Under the pieces are notes generated by a model. That model did no database searches. It saw only the letters and a program-made list of their open reading frames with translations, and was not told the DNA's origin. The position numbers and the translations under genes are program-made. 64,000 nt of DNA from Gnetum montanum (Eukaryota > Plantae > Gnetophyta). The stretch spans positions 1 to 64,000 of the forward strand of contig MNCI01000312.1 in assembly GCA_015680685.1 (NCBI GenBank), given 5' to 3'. Below are positions 14,462 to 27,228 of this stretch, one piece after another (the stretch's first letter is position 1; the number at the start of each line of letters is the position of its first letter).

Positions 14462-15688
14462 TGAAACACCACAAAATTTAGAGCTTAGTACTTATCAAAC
14501 ATTTGGTGTCAAACATGGCAACTTCGGGGATCAAGTGCTTAATTTTTACTAAGTATGCAGTTCCAGCGTATACGCCCAACGTATACGCCCAAGTGCACAA
14601 TACCAGCGTATACGCCCAAATCCTCAGCGTATACGCCCAGCATATATGCTCAAATCCACAGCGTAGACGTCCAGCGTACACACCTCACATGCATGCTCGG
14701 CAGGTACAACAGATGAATATGCCCGACGACGAAATCTCCAAGGACAGAATGGAAACAGCACCAAAGAGCAAGAATTGAAGTAAGTTGGCAACCATCAGCG
14801 TATACACCCGGCAACCATCAGCGTATATGCCCAGCATCCACCAGCGTATAAGCCCAGCAACCATCAGCGTATACGCCCAGCATCCACCAGCGTATATGCC
14901 CAGTGTCCATAGCCTCCACCCAAGTTCACACACGCCCAGCATATCCAGCGTATACGCCCAACGTATACGCCCAGCGTATACGTCGGCCTGATGTAGCGTA
15001 TACGTCCAACATATGTAATATATTATATATTTGTAAAGTGTATGCACCCGGTCAACGCGCCACGTGTCTCCTAACCCGAGTCTAACGTAACAATCGGTAT
15101 AAAGCCCCGATTTTCCACTTCATCCAGGTCGGTTGGCAAAATCCCAGAGCATACCCAAGAGCAATTACGCTGCGCACCAGAGCTAAAAACCCCTTACGTT
15201 GGAAAACCCTGTACGCCTTGCACACAGTCTCTACGCCGCGCCTACAGTGTGAACCAGCCCAACCGCCCTCGCATCCACTGGGGCTTTTCGTCTGCCTTGT
15301 ATTTCATCACAACTACGTTAGATCGATGCACTGTATTCTCATCCTGTAATACCATTACTACATCTTCTTCATAAAATTGTTTACAGTTTACATTCTTTTT
15401 GTGCATGTGTTTTGTTTACGCTCGTTTACGCTTACGTCCTGTTCGCATCTATTACGCTTTCTACGCTCTCGTTTACGCCCGTTACGCCGTTTGCATATAA
15501 CCCAACGTATAGCATTTCGGTATACGTTCGGGAAATCCTTGTTTGATCTGCGTGCGGACCACCCAAGGTACTCTGCCTTCATGCATTCCAACTCACCCTC
15601 AGGCGAAGGTAGAGTCTTCTGTGCTCGCCCTGCGATCCCATGGTCTCTGTTTCCTTCCAGCTGGAGATCGACGATTTCAGGCGGTACA
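14462..15688 (+). repeat. E1 5' LTR
   Basis: TGAAACACCAC...GGCGGTACA, a direct repeat of 26019-27223 with many CAGCGTATACGCCC subrepeats. Confidence 0.95.
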
Positions 15689-15693
15689 GAAAT

Positions 15694-15710
15694 TGGCGCT
15701 AGAAGGAGGG
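15694..15710 (+). promoter_or_regulatory. E1 primer-binding site
   Basis: TGGCGCTAGAAGGAGGG lies 5 nt after the LTR end and is identical in E2 (35264-35280). Confidence 0.85.
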
Positions 15711-16318
15711 CCTCCACCTAAAACCTTGCTTACACGTTCCCCAGCGTCTACGCTCATCAGCATTTACGCTGGCCTGCTCAAAACTTACTCCCTGCAAGTC
15801 TTTCAGCGTCTACGCTGCCAACTTCACGTGGACCCTGTCCACAGAAACCCCAGTGTTTATGCTGCCACACGCTACACATTTCACTCTATAGATTTTCCTT
15901 ACGCTGCACCAAAGTTGTTAAAGTTTATGCTGCGTATTTCACTTACGCTGAACAGTTTACGCTACGTAGTCGACCATTTACGTCGTACCCTCTTTACGCT
16001 ATAAACCTTATCCATGTTGTACGCCAACTTTGTCCCTGATATTCTTTACGCCCTAGATTTGTTTTACGCTGTATCCTGTTTTTTACGCTGCACCCTTTAT
16101 CCTGTTCTTACACTGCACCCTTTTACGCTGTGTCCTGACGCTGTATACGCTGTCCAGCGTATATGTTGAACCACTTACGCCGTAGACTCGTCTACGCCGA
16201 ACATATATGCTCCGTACATATACATTGTATACGCTGTCAGCTGAAGCGTATACGCTGTACGCTGCGCAGTACATTAGTTTTACATCTTCAGACTGTTCTA
16301 TATCTGCAACATATCATC

Positions 16319-19300
16319 ATGAACTTCGCAAACACCACCGCAACAAACACTCAAATCACTAACATCATAGACACCATGGCTGTCTAATAGCCCGTCGCAC
16401 AACACCCGGGAGTACAACCTACAGCGGGGTCCCGCCGGTCCCTAAGGTTGCCGGGAAGAGATCCAGCCTCCAACATTATTACCCAGGATCAGTATAATTT
16501 CATATGTATTAAAATACAAGCTGGCCTAGCTGTCGATCGAGCCGAAATGGAAGTAAAGAGGCAGTTCAAACTCTTTTACAGGGGAGGATGCGAGTTCATC
16601 CCTTCCCCATATGATGTAATCCCCATTCCGGAGCAGTACTCGGAGCTCGTCACACAGCTCCTCCTGCACAGGAGCCACTTGCTAGAGCCCCAACTAGAAG
16701 AAGAGGACGACTTCGCTGTTCAATCAGAGCACGAGGACTCCTACCACACCCTCAGTCTGTAAAACCATATTAACCCCATTTTTCATCTAAGTACAGGGGA
16801 AATCATGCCCCTCCAGCATCTCAGGTTCACCCAGGGCCAAGCACCGCCACCGGAAACATCAACGCTAGTGCACATTCCTCCCCCGAGCGACTCCCAACCT
16901 AACACATTCCCTCTAGTAATCATCCCCACTGCAGCTGCAGGCCTGTCCTCACAAGCACCGCCCCCTCATGATAGCGTGGGAGTGACATTCCCACCCCGAG
17001 TGATAGGGATGCCACACGTGATACCGGCATCCACATCCAATCACTACATCTAGCACATTCAAGCACATGCAGCCCCCTCGACTATTCGTACCCAACAAAG
17101 AGTCCCTTCGCACAATGTGGCCGGGCAATGGCCAGCGATGGGTGGGCCGTCACACCAACCCTCCCACCACCACGTGCCACCCCACACGGTGCCACCAACC
17201 AATGCTCCCCCAGTACAGCTGCAACCACAGCCCCAGCAACCTTTCCCTTATGACGTGCCGTCCCTAGTGCCACCCACTGTAACCTTTTCACAAGCACAAC
17301 CGCCGATCGCCCAACTTTCAGCCTTTCAACCCCCGACTCAACAGTCTAACTTGTATACAGCCCCACACCCCCAACCCGTTGCTTCACCGAGCACCCAAGA
17401 TTGGGCAGACGCCAAAAAACTAATGCAAGAATTAACAGACGAGGTAAAACGCCTCAAAACAGCCACCGACGGGGAGTTGAAGGTAGTGGATTTCTACCAC
17501 GATGACCCTATCAGCCCTTCTGTCCCACCCTTAACCTTGTCCAAAGGCGTCTCGTTACCAACACTAACCAAGTATAACGGGGAGATGGACCCCAATGCAC
17601 ATCTCATAACATTTAGGTTAGAATGCGCACTACTCCAGGCATGGCCCCATGCCATTCTCCGAGTGTTCCCCATGTCCCTCGTAGGGAGAGCACTTGATTG
17701 GTACCGGGCCCTGCCAAGGAATTCCATCTTCTCCTTGGAAGACTTACTACACCATTTCGTGACCAGGTTCAAGTACAACTTGAAACCCTAGGCAACACTG
17801 GACAGCCTCATACAGGTCAAGCAAGCACCGCTTGAACCTGTACAGAAATTTATTCAGAGGTGGAGTGCCACTCTCAACGAGCTGCATGAGCCAATCTCTC
17901 AAACCTACCTGCTTACTATTCTAAAAGGGGCCGTTAATGATTTCTTTAAATCCAAGCTATACTACCTTAACGCGCGTGATCTTAACCAAGCATTTGTACA
18001 AATTAAAAACATAGAAGAGGTGGCCCAAAATAGCCATGACCCTGCATACCTAGCCTTTAAAAATCAACACACTAAAAAATATAAAGAGAAGGCTAAGGCA
18101 ACGATAGTGGCGATAGCAGGGACGCAACAACAAAACAAACTGCCGGTAACTCCTACTAACTACAATAAACCAACTCCCACAACCGCGCAAGAATCATCAT
18201 CACAGCAGAACCCAACAAACCGTACACGAAATTTCGAGAGGAAAGAACCCTTTCAATACACACCTCTGCCAATGAAGCCATCCCAGCTCTTCGATCAACT
18301 CTTGAAGGCTGGGTTGATGAAGCATAAACAGTTATCCCCTGCGGCCATCTAGAGACATGACCGGTTCTATCAACTCGTTCAGAACCTGAGCCTAGCGACA
18401 CCGGATGAGCCTCCCGTACCCAAAGGCTTTAGAATGGATCGCTTTTGCGACTACCATCAACGAAACGAGCACGGTACGGATTACTGTTTCACCTTAAAGC
18501 AAGATTTACAGCGGATGATCGATGATGGCCAAATCACTTTTGATGAGGCCAACCCGATCCAACCGCAGAATCAAGCTATGGGGGTCTATAAAGACCCCCT
18601 GAACACCAAAGAGGCGCCTTACGTCATCAATACAATCTGCCTTGATGATGATTCCGATACACCCCACATCAACACTGTCTACCCCCAATATAAACAGGAA
18701 ACACCTAATAGGCCGTTCGTAGTTCAGATTCCTCCCGCTGTGTCCACGCCCACGTCTCAACCACCACGTGCCCCCCAGCAGCCCTACGTCGTCCGAGTAC
18801 CCTCAGCCGTACCCACATTCAACCCCATGACACGTGAAAAACCATACGTGGTGCGTGTCCCTCTAGTCATTCCCTCAAATGCACCGACCCCTTCTACTCG
18901 GCCCGCCCCTTTCGTAGTCCGAGTACCACCCGCCGTCGCAACAGCGGAAGTCCAATCTCCACCAAAACCAACCCCGTACGTTGTTAGGACACCCGAAAGT
19001 CCTAACAATTATCAAACCTCCACCTCACGAGCGCAAAGCAAACCTAGCCCCTACGTCATTAGGGTCCCTGGCTAGCCTTTAGCTCAAACATTTGACACTG
19101 CCCAACCGCAACGCCGCCCAGCTCCGTATGTGGTAAGGGTCCCAGGGCAACTTGAGGCCCCAAGACCAGCCCCACCTCCACGCTACACACAAGAACGCCT
19201 AGCAGACAGGCTTACACGTGAACGTGTGGAGAGGGAACGCCAACGGCTAGCTGTGGGGCCACCTAAGCCCACTCCACTTAACTCCATACCTATGTCGTCA

Positions 19301-20488
19301 CCTAATAACCAACCGAACACAGGCAACGAAGGTGAATCATCTAAAATGCAAGAACCACCTAAAACGACAGTTCCGAACAAGAATGACAAATCAACAAAAC
19401 GAGAAATAAAACTGTTGGGCCCAATGGACCCAGTCATTGTCGATAAAAACATCTCCAACAGTAGAGACTTCACAACAGCCTTGACACAAGTCACCCAAGC
19501 ATTGAAACAAAAGAACACTTCACTAAGCTTGTACGACTTGGTTTTAACATCCCAAACACATCGGGAAGCTTTAGTACATATGTTAACGTCAATCCCGATA
19601 AGTGAGGACTTGCCCCTAGATGAACCTTCCATGCATGCGGTAATGTACTCGCCACACGGGACTACTCCTAAACCCTTAAGCTTTCATGACGACAACATTA
19701 AGGTGGACAAGCAAACAGGGGAGATAACAGCAACCCCCATGTTCATAACGATTTGTATAAACCAGTTCAAGATAGATAGAGTCCATGTAGACGATGGAGC
19801 CGCAACAAACGTAGTACCATACCCCATCGTTAAACAATTGGGGCTTACTGAGTCAATTAAACCAACCACAACTACATGTTTAAAGTCATTCAGCAGGTCA
19901 CGCGTAATGGTAAAAGGCAGAATAACCTTGGATTTCATAGCGGGAGACCAGTTCCCTACATCTGCCGACTTCCTAGTGGTCGATGAGATGCAAGGATTCA
20001 ACCTAATATTGGGAAGACCCTGGTTGGCCCAACTGAGAGCTGTCTCCTCCCCTATACACCAAGAAATTCACCTACCTTATGAGGGAGGTGAAATCATCAT
20101 ACACGGGGAAGCGGCTACTCCTATCATTTCATCACACATGGACATGGACCAAGGCTCGGAGGTTGAGCTTGAAGAGCCTAAAGGAAACGATAAAAATATG
20201 CAACAACTGGTAAGCAGTAAGCCTTTGAACATAGAACAAGACCCACCTAAAACAGAAACACCTGCATCTGACACTGTACAAACAACTCCTCAAGTGGAAA
20301 CTAACACATAATTTGCAACAACTACCGAGACATCTGAAAACACTGCCGCAGGAACCACTCCATTAGACGTCCCTTGGACTGAGTTACCATTCAACGTGAT
20401 CAGCGAAGGAGATGCTGAATATAGAATCGTACTGGATAATACCTCGCCCGACATAAAAATGAAAAGGATCAAAAAATTGTTAAAATAA
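16319..20488 (+). pseudogene. E1 gag-protease ORF (single frame, ~1390 codons, several premature stops)
   Basis: All track ORFs from 16163 to 20311 that carry these domains are in one frame. They include the retrotransposon gag core (KYNGEMDPNAHL...LVGRALDWY), a zinc knuckle (FCDYHQRNEHGTDYC), PYVVRVP repeats and an aspartic protease (VHVDDGAATNV...NLILGRPWL). Confidence 0.9.
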
Positions 20489-20504
20489 TCCCATCTAAAG
20501 AACA

Positions 20505-20990
20505 AGTCCGAAATGACGTTAAACTAGAAAATGTCCGAAATGACATTAAACTACGCTTAGTCCGAAACGACGTTAAACTATAACCCGTCTGAAATGACGC
20601 TAAACTATGACAAATCAAAAAACACTAAGCTACACGCCAAGTCTAAAATGACGTTAAACTAGAAAATGTCCGAAATGACCTTAAACTATGATAAATCACA
20701 AAATAAAAAAAATTAAATTAAACTACACTCGCGGTCCGAAACGACGTTAAACTATCATGTCCGCAATGACATAAAACTAGCCACGATCAAAGATGATCGG
20801 TCAACCGAGAAACTTACCCACTTTGTCCGAAATGTTACTTGTTTACAATTGGGGCCCGAAATGGCTTTAAACTAGTGTGAATCCGGCCTGGTATGGCCTT
20901 AGACTGCCATTACGGCCCGGTATGGCCTTAAACTGCCACTTACGGCCCGGTATGGCCTTAAACTGCCATACGTCCCGGTGTGACGATAAT
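20505..20990 (+). repeat. E1 degenerate tandem array between gag-PR and pol (TAAACT core)
   Basis: Repeated GTCCGAAATGACGTTAAACTA, followed by GGCCCGGTATGGCCTTAAACTGCCA units. Confidence 0.85.
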
Positions 20991-21091
20991 CCACCATTAT
21001 GCACGTACACATAGCTTAAAATTATCAAAAGGCATAGAACGATCTCCCTTTTTCTTATTCAGCTCTCCGTTTATTGGCAGGAGCAAGCTCA

Positions 21092-24000
21092 ATGGACTAC
21101 CAGCATCTAACCGCACCGTTAATCATTGACGGACCATATGGCAAAATTGCACGAGACATTAACATAAACCTCATCAACTTAAGTTCACCAATGGACGACG
21201 TAGTCATAGCCTCAACATAGCAAATAACAAATGATTACGATGGCATGACAAAATTCCTTGACATAGAGGCCAAAAATATCACCGAAGATCCGTTGGCTAA
21301 AACCCCCATTACCATGCCTGATGGGAAAATTAAAGTGTTAAAATTAAGCACATTACTACAACCGCACTTGGCCCAAGACATCTAGAATGTGCATAGGGAA
21401 AATATGAAAGCATTCGCTTGGTCCTATACGGACATGCCCGGGTTAGATCCTAGAATTGTCCAACACAACATTATCCTTGACCCAAAATTGAGACCAGTAA
21501 AACAAAAGGCACGAAAAGTTAGACCCGAGGTGGCATTGGCAGTTCGCAATGAGATCACCAAGCTTTATCAGGCTGGGTTCATTCGGGCTGTTGATTACGC
21601 CGAGTGGGTGTCCAACATGGTCATCGTCCCGAAGAAAAATGGAAGCATTCGCCTATGTATTGACTTCTGAGATCTAAATGTAGCAACCATAAAAGATGAC
21701 TTTCCCCTACCTAGCATCAATCAACTCATTGACTCGACTGCTGGGCACACATTGTTATCTTTTATGGATGGTTTTTCGGGATACAATCAAATACGAATCA
21801 ACCCGGAACATCAGCTTCGGACAACATTCATGACCCCATGGGGAACTTTTTGTTACACAATGATGCCCTTCGGTCTCAAAAACGTTGGGGCCATGTATCA
21901 AAGAGCAATGACGTTTATCTTTAGCGATTACATATTACGCTCACTCAACGATTACGTGGATGACATTGTAGTTAAATCAAAAATGGAAGAACAACATGTA
22001 CAAGATGTCGACTTAGTATTCAAACGTTGTTTAAAGTATGAACTAAGACTTAACCCAAAAAAATGTGTCTTCGGCATTAAAATAGGCAAAATGCTTGGAT
22101 TCATAGCCTCAGAAGCAGGAATACGAGTAGATCCCGATAAGGTTAAAGCCATAACAAACCTGAAACCACCAGGCAACCTTACCGAACTTCGAGGTCTACA
22201 AGGTAGATTGCAGTTTATCAGGCGCTTCATAGAAAAATTGACGGACAAACTAAAACCTATGAACCACATGTTACGCAAAAATGTCCATTTTGAATGGACT
22301 CTGCAGTGCCAAGAAGCATTCGAGAACATCAAAATAGCACTTGCCCGACTACCTACGGTTTATCCACCCCAAAACGATAAACCGTTTTACATCTACCTTG
22401 CCACTTTAGAATCGTCAATCGTGTCTATGCTCTGCCAGAAAAAGATGACCGAACTGAAGTCCCTGTATATTACTTGAGCCATGCATTAGTTGCCCACAAA
22501 AAAAGGTATAACGACGTGGAGTAGTCATGTTTAGCTTTGGTCTTTTCTTTAAGAAAATGGCGACATTACCTCTTCCGTAATCAGGTTTACATAATTTGCA
22601 AGGACAATGTACTAAGAGCCATAACAGGGAACATTTATGAAATAAGTCGAATAGCCCGGTGGAAAGCCATGATAGCTGAGTTTGACCTGTACTACGTAAC
22701 GCAATCATCAGTTAAGGGTCAAGCTATAGCAAATCAAATGGCCACATCACCAACACGTGACCAAGCGACTATAGAGCCAAAATTCCCGGATGAGAACATA
22801 AGCGCAATAGACATAGTGCCCAATGACTACGATGCTATTTTAAACTTCGATGGAGTATCCACCTCTCGAGGAGGAAGTGCAGCCGCTGTCATCACCTATC
22901 CCTTCGGGGAGATCCGACCCTTTGCCTATCGTTTCAACTTTCACTGTACTAACAACATAGCAGAGTATGAAGGTCTCCTTAGAGGCCTCACGGTAGCACT
23001 GGCTTCAGACATCACACGGCTTGTAGTCAGAGGTAATTCACAACTAGTCCTAAACCAAGTCACAGATGTCTATACATGCAAAGCCCAACACTTACAACCA
23101 TACTGCGACTTGGCAAAACACCTAATGAGGTGATTCGAAAACATCGATGTGCAACACGTTTCTAGAAATGATAACACCATCGCAGACGCGTTAGCCACAT
23201 TAGCATTAAACATATCGCCTGATACGTTCCATGCATTACCAAGCTCCGTAACCAGTTGTGCCGAGCCAGTCACTGATATCCCTGACACGTTGCCGATTGC
23301 ATCTGTAAGTACAACACACGTGATAGAATGGTACGATGACATAAAAGAATACCTTCTACGCGGTGAAACACCACGACATCTAACAAATGCACAAAAGGAC
23401 GCCGTGCGGAAACGTTCTAAGCAGTATACCCTGGTAGGGGACACACTGTGTCGTTGATCGTACGAGGGCATATTGCTAATATGCATTAGTAGTACCAATG
23501 CCCAGACCATCATTGATCAGGTACATGAAGGATTATGCGGAGGACACATAGCGCCAAAAGCCATGGCAACGAAAATAAGACGTTTAGGCTACTATTGGCC
23601 ACACATGGAATATGACTGTCTCTCCAAAGTCAAAACATGTAGCACTTACCAAAAACATAGTAATCTAATACATGTACCACCAAATGAGTTGCACACGGCG
23701 CAAATCACATGGCCCTTCCAAAAGTGGGGATTAGACCTTATCAGCTCAATAACACCCTCATCTTCTGTAGGGCATAGTTTCATTATCACCGCAACCGAAT
23801 ATTTTACAAAGTGGGTAGAAGCTGCTACCCTTCGAAAAACCACATCTAAACACGTGTGCAACTTCATTCTGGAAAATATTGTAACCCGTTTTGGCATCCC
23901 CTTGACAATTATCACTGATAATGGGCCACAATTTAGCAGTGCCGAAACCCAAACCTTTTGTGACAGTCTGGGGATCAAACACTCGTTTTCATCCCCTTAC

Positions 24001-24566
24001 TATCCTCAGAGCAATGGACAAGCGGAAGCAACAAACAAGATGATTATTACAATACTTAAGAAAATGCTTACCCAAAGCAAAAGAAAGTGGCACGAACAAT
24101 TGGTATACGCATTGTGGGCATATCGTACTACGCACCGAACGTCAACAGGTAAAACACCATACAGTCTTGTTTACGGTTTAGAAGCTGTTTTACCTTTGGA
24201 ATGCAGGTACCATCTTTAAGGATCACACTTTCCGGGCTTCTCAACGATGGGCAAAATAATGATCTACACATCATTGACCTTGACTCGGTGGAAGAGGAAC
24301 GCATACGCGTGCTCGATCAGATCGAATGGTATCAAGAACAACAACGACAACGACATCGGCATAACATCAACAAGCGCCCTATCAAAGAAGGCGACCTTGT
24401 GCTTAAGGCTGTTCGGGAACACCCGGACAAATTCTCAGCTAAGTGGGAAGGGCCTTACTTGGTCACTAAAGCATTTGACAATGGAGCATTCAAGTTAGCT
24501 GACATGGAAGGAAACGAGCTTGCCAATCCAACCAATCACTTGTACCTAAAACCGTTCTATGTTTGA
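21092..24566 (+). pseudogene. E1 pol: RT - RNase H - additional archaeal-type RNase H - integrase (stops and frameshifts)
   Basis: RT motifs FAWSYTDMPG, RLCIDF, DGFSGYNQI and YVDD. RH motif WRHYL...RIARW. aRH motifs LNFDG, TNNIAEYEGL and GNSQLV. The integrase has an H..H..C zinc finger, WGLDL, ITDNG, SNGQAE and a C-terminal KWEGPY. Confidence 0.92.
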
Positions 24567-24589
24567 GTACAAGCTCAGGTACGTGCAAA

Positions 24590-24956
24590 TCCTGGAATCA
24601 TGACTATAAATTGATACCACAGCTCGTCCAGGAATCATGACAGTAAACTGATACCACAGAACAGTCCTGAGTTACGACTTAAAACTGGCACCACAACTGT
24701 CTTGGCATCATGACAATAAACTGATACCCCATAGTGTCCGCAATGATGATAAACTAGCACCCGTTCGGCATGACAGTAAACTGCCACTGTCACAACCATC
24801 AGAGTTTGCTAAGACTATAAACTAGCTTGCCTCTGCATGGTCCGCTAAGACTAGAAACTGGCAATGTAATGTCTGCCACAACGCTAAACAGGCAATGTCC
24901 AACGGGTTACAACATAAAACTAACCCATGGTAGTCCGCTAAGACTATAAACTGGCA
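24590..24956 (+). repeat. E1 3' tandem array (~32-bp units, ATGAC-N-TAAACTG core)
   Basis: About 11 degenerate units such as GGAATCATGACAGTAAACTGATACCACAG, directly after the pol stop. Confidence 0.85.
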
Positions 24957-26005
24957 CGTTCATCTCCGGCTCTTCACTTCACAGCCACACTCGCTCATCA
25001 GAATCACCGCATCGCTCACCATCCGACGATCTTACCAGTACTGCTGTCATCTACATATAGTGCCTGCAGCCTCCTTTAGCATCTTTGCGCCATCTGCTAC
25101 CATGTAAGTCTAAGCTCATTTTCTCGCTCATGGTTTTCTTGTCTCCTTGGAGTTATGTTTGCAGGATGACACCCAGAGGTTTTGCACAAGAATGCACCTC
25201 ATCATAAGCAACAAGATACGATAATGTTCACGGCACACATGGCAAAGCTAAGTCAAGCCGTTCACTAGTACATCCCCATTCATCAACTCATTCCCTATTC
25301 ACCCACCAGCGCATTTTATTCAGCCACACCATTGACACACCCAGTACATTCAAAACTTTGAGCGCACTGTCGCACACTGTACCACGTTACAGCAGTTGCG
25401 ACACACAACCTGGAACCTGAGCATGAGTACAAAATCAACGTAAAAGTTTCCAAAAAAAAGGAAGAAGAAGCCCCTTGGCACTTCCCATAAAAGCCCCAAG
25501 CGGGAAGGTAGTTGTCTCAAAACCAAGTACTCATGCCCAAAACGGTCAAAAAGCATCCAGTTGCATGGCTTTGGCTATCCGTCAACAGGTTCCCCTTAAA
25601 CATTAAGCACGGGCCTTGTTCCTCCAAAGAATGTAACACATCTCCCGTGGCTTTGGTCTTGCCAACAAGTTCTCTTGAACACTAACCAAGAGCCTTGTTT
25701 CGCCAAAGGACGCACATTGCATGTCTGAACTTTGAGTCTGCTAAACAATGGCTATTGACAAGGACCAACATGTCGCACACTAGAGCATCCCCTTCCCCTT
25801 GCATAATCCCTTGGATCGGTTATCCATCCTCACAATCTCCATAACCCCCCAGATACAAAATTCCACTTGCGCGATCCCATGTACTATTGCACACGGTGCG
25901 ATGACGTCTAGTCAAGTGGCAGGGAACAAAGTCTCTATCAAGTTGCTTGTGGTGTTTTTCACTTCTTTGTCGATGCCTCTCGGGTCGATTCCTTCAAGCA
26001 TCAAC

Positions 26006-26018
26006 AAAGAGGGGCCAA
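26006..26018 (+). other. E1 polypurine tract
   Basis: AAAGAGGGGCCAA immediately before the 3' LTR. The same tract occurs in E2 at 50939-50951. Confidence 0.8.
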
Positions 26019-27223
26019 TGAAACACCACAAAATTCGGATCTTAGTACTTGTCAAACATTTGGTGTCAAACATGGTAACTTCGGGGATCAAGTGCTTAAT
26101 TTTTACTAAGTATGCAGTTCCAGCGTATACGCCCAGTGTATACGCCCAGCGTATACACCCAAGTGCACAATACCAGTGTATACGCCCAAATCCTCAGCGT
26201 ATACGCCCAACATATACGCTCAAATCCATAGCGTAGACGTCCAGCGTACACGCCTCACATGCACGCTTGGCAAGTACAACAGATGAATACGCTCGACGAC
26301 GAAATCTCCAAGGACAGAATGGAAACAGCACCAAAGAGCAAGAATTGAAGCAGGTCGGCAACCATCAGCGTATACACCTGGCAACCATCAGCGTAATTGC
26401 CCAGCAACCATTAGCGTATACGCCCAGCATCCATCAGCGTATATGCCCAGCGTGTACGCCCAACGTCCATAGCCTCCACCCAAGTTCACACATGCCCAGC
26501 ATATCCAGCGTATACGCCGGCCTGATGCAGCGTATACGCCCAACAGATGTAATATACTGTATATTTGTAAAGTGTATGCACTCGGTCAACGCGCCACGTG
26601 TCTCCTAACCCGAGTCTAGCATAACAACCGGTATAAAAGCCCCGATTTTCCGCTTCATCTAGGTCGGTTGGCAAAATCCCAGAGCATACCCAAGAGTAAT
26701 TACACTGTGCACCAGAGCTAAAAACCCCTTACGTTGGAAAACCCTGTACGCCCTGCACATAGTCTCTACGCTGCGCCTACAGTGTGAACCAGCCTAGCCG
26801 CCCTCGCATCCACCGGGGCTTTTCGTTCGCCTTGTGTTTCATCACAACTGCATTAGACCGGTGCACTGTATTCTCATCCTGTAATACCATTACTACATCT
26901 TCTTCATAAAATTGTTTACAGTTTACATTATTTTTGTGCATGTGTTCTGTTTACGCTCGTTTACGCTTACGTCCTGTTCGCATCTATTACGCTGTCTATG
27001 CTCTCGTTTATGCCCGTTACGCCATTTGCATATAACCCAGTGTATAGCATTTCGGTATACGTTCGGGAAATCCTTGTCTGATCCACGTGTGGACCACCCA
27101 AGGTACTCTGCCTTCATGCATTCTAGCTCATCCTTAGGCGAAGGTAGAGTCTTCTGTGCTCGCCCTGCGATCCCACGGTCTGTGTTTCCTTCTAGCTGGA
27201 GACCGACGATTTCAGGCGGTACA
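26019..27223 (+). repeat. E1 3' LTR
   Basis: TGAAACACCAC...GGCGGTACA, followed by the TSD GTCAT. Confidence 0.95.
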
Positions 27224-27228
27224 GTCAT

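Larger units (their letters stand above)
14462..27223 (+). mobile_element. E1: full-length Tat/Ogre-type Ty3/gypsy retrotransposon (family A), 12.8 kb, TSD GTCAT
   Basis: Two TG...CA LTRs, TSD GTCAT at 14457-14461 and 27224-27228, PBS, PPT, and domain order gag-PR // RT-RH-aRH-INT. Confidence 0.95.

Noticed and set aside
14478-16274. Many short VYAQ/AYTP-rich ORFs, also at 25799-27327, 34122-35861 and 51089-52163
   Set aside because: These are translations of the GCGTATACGC repeats in LTRs and UTRs, not conserved as frames between LTR copies.
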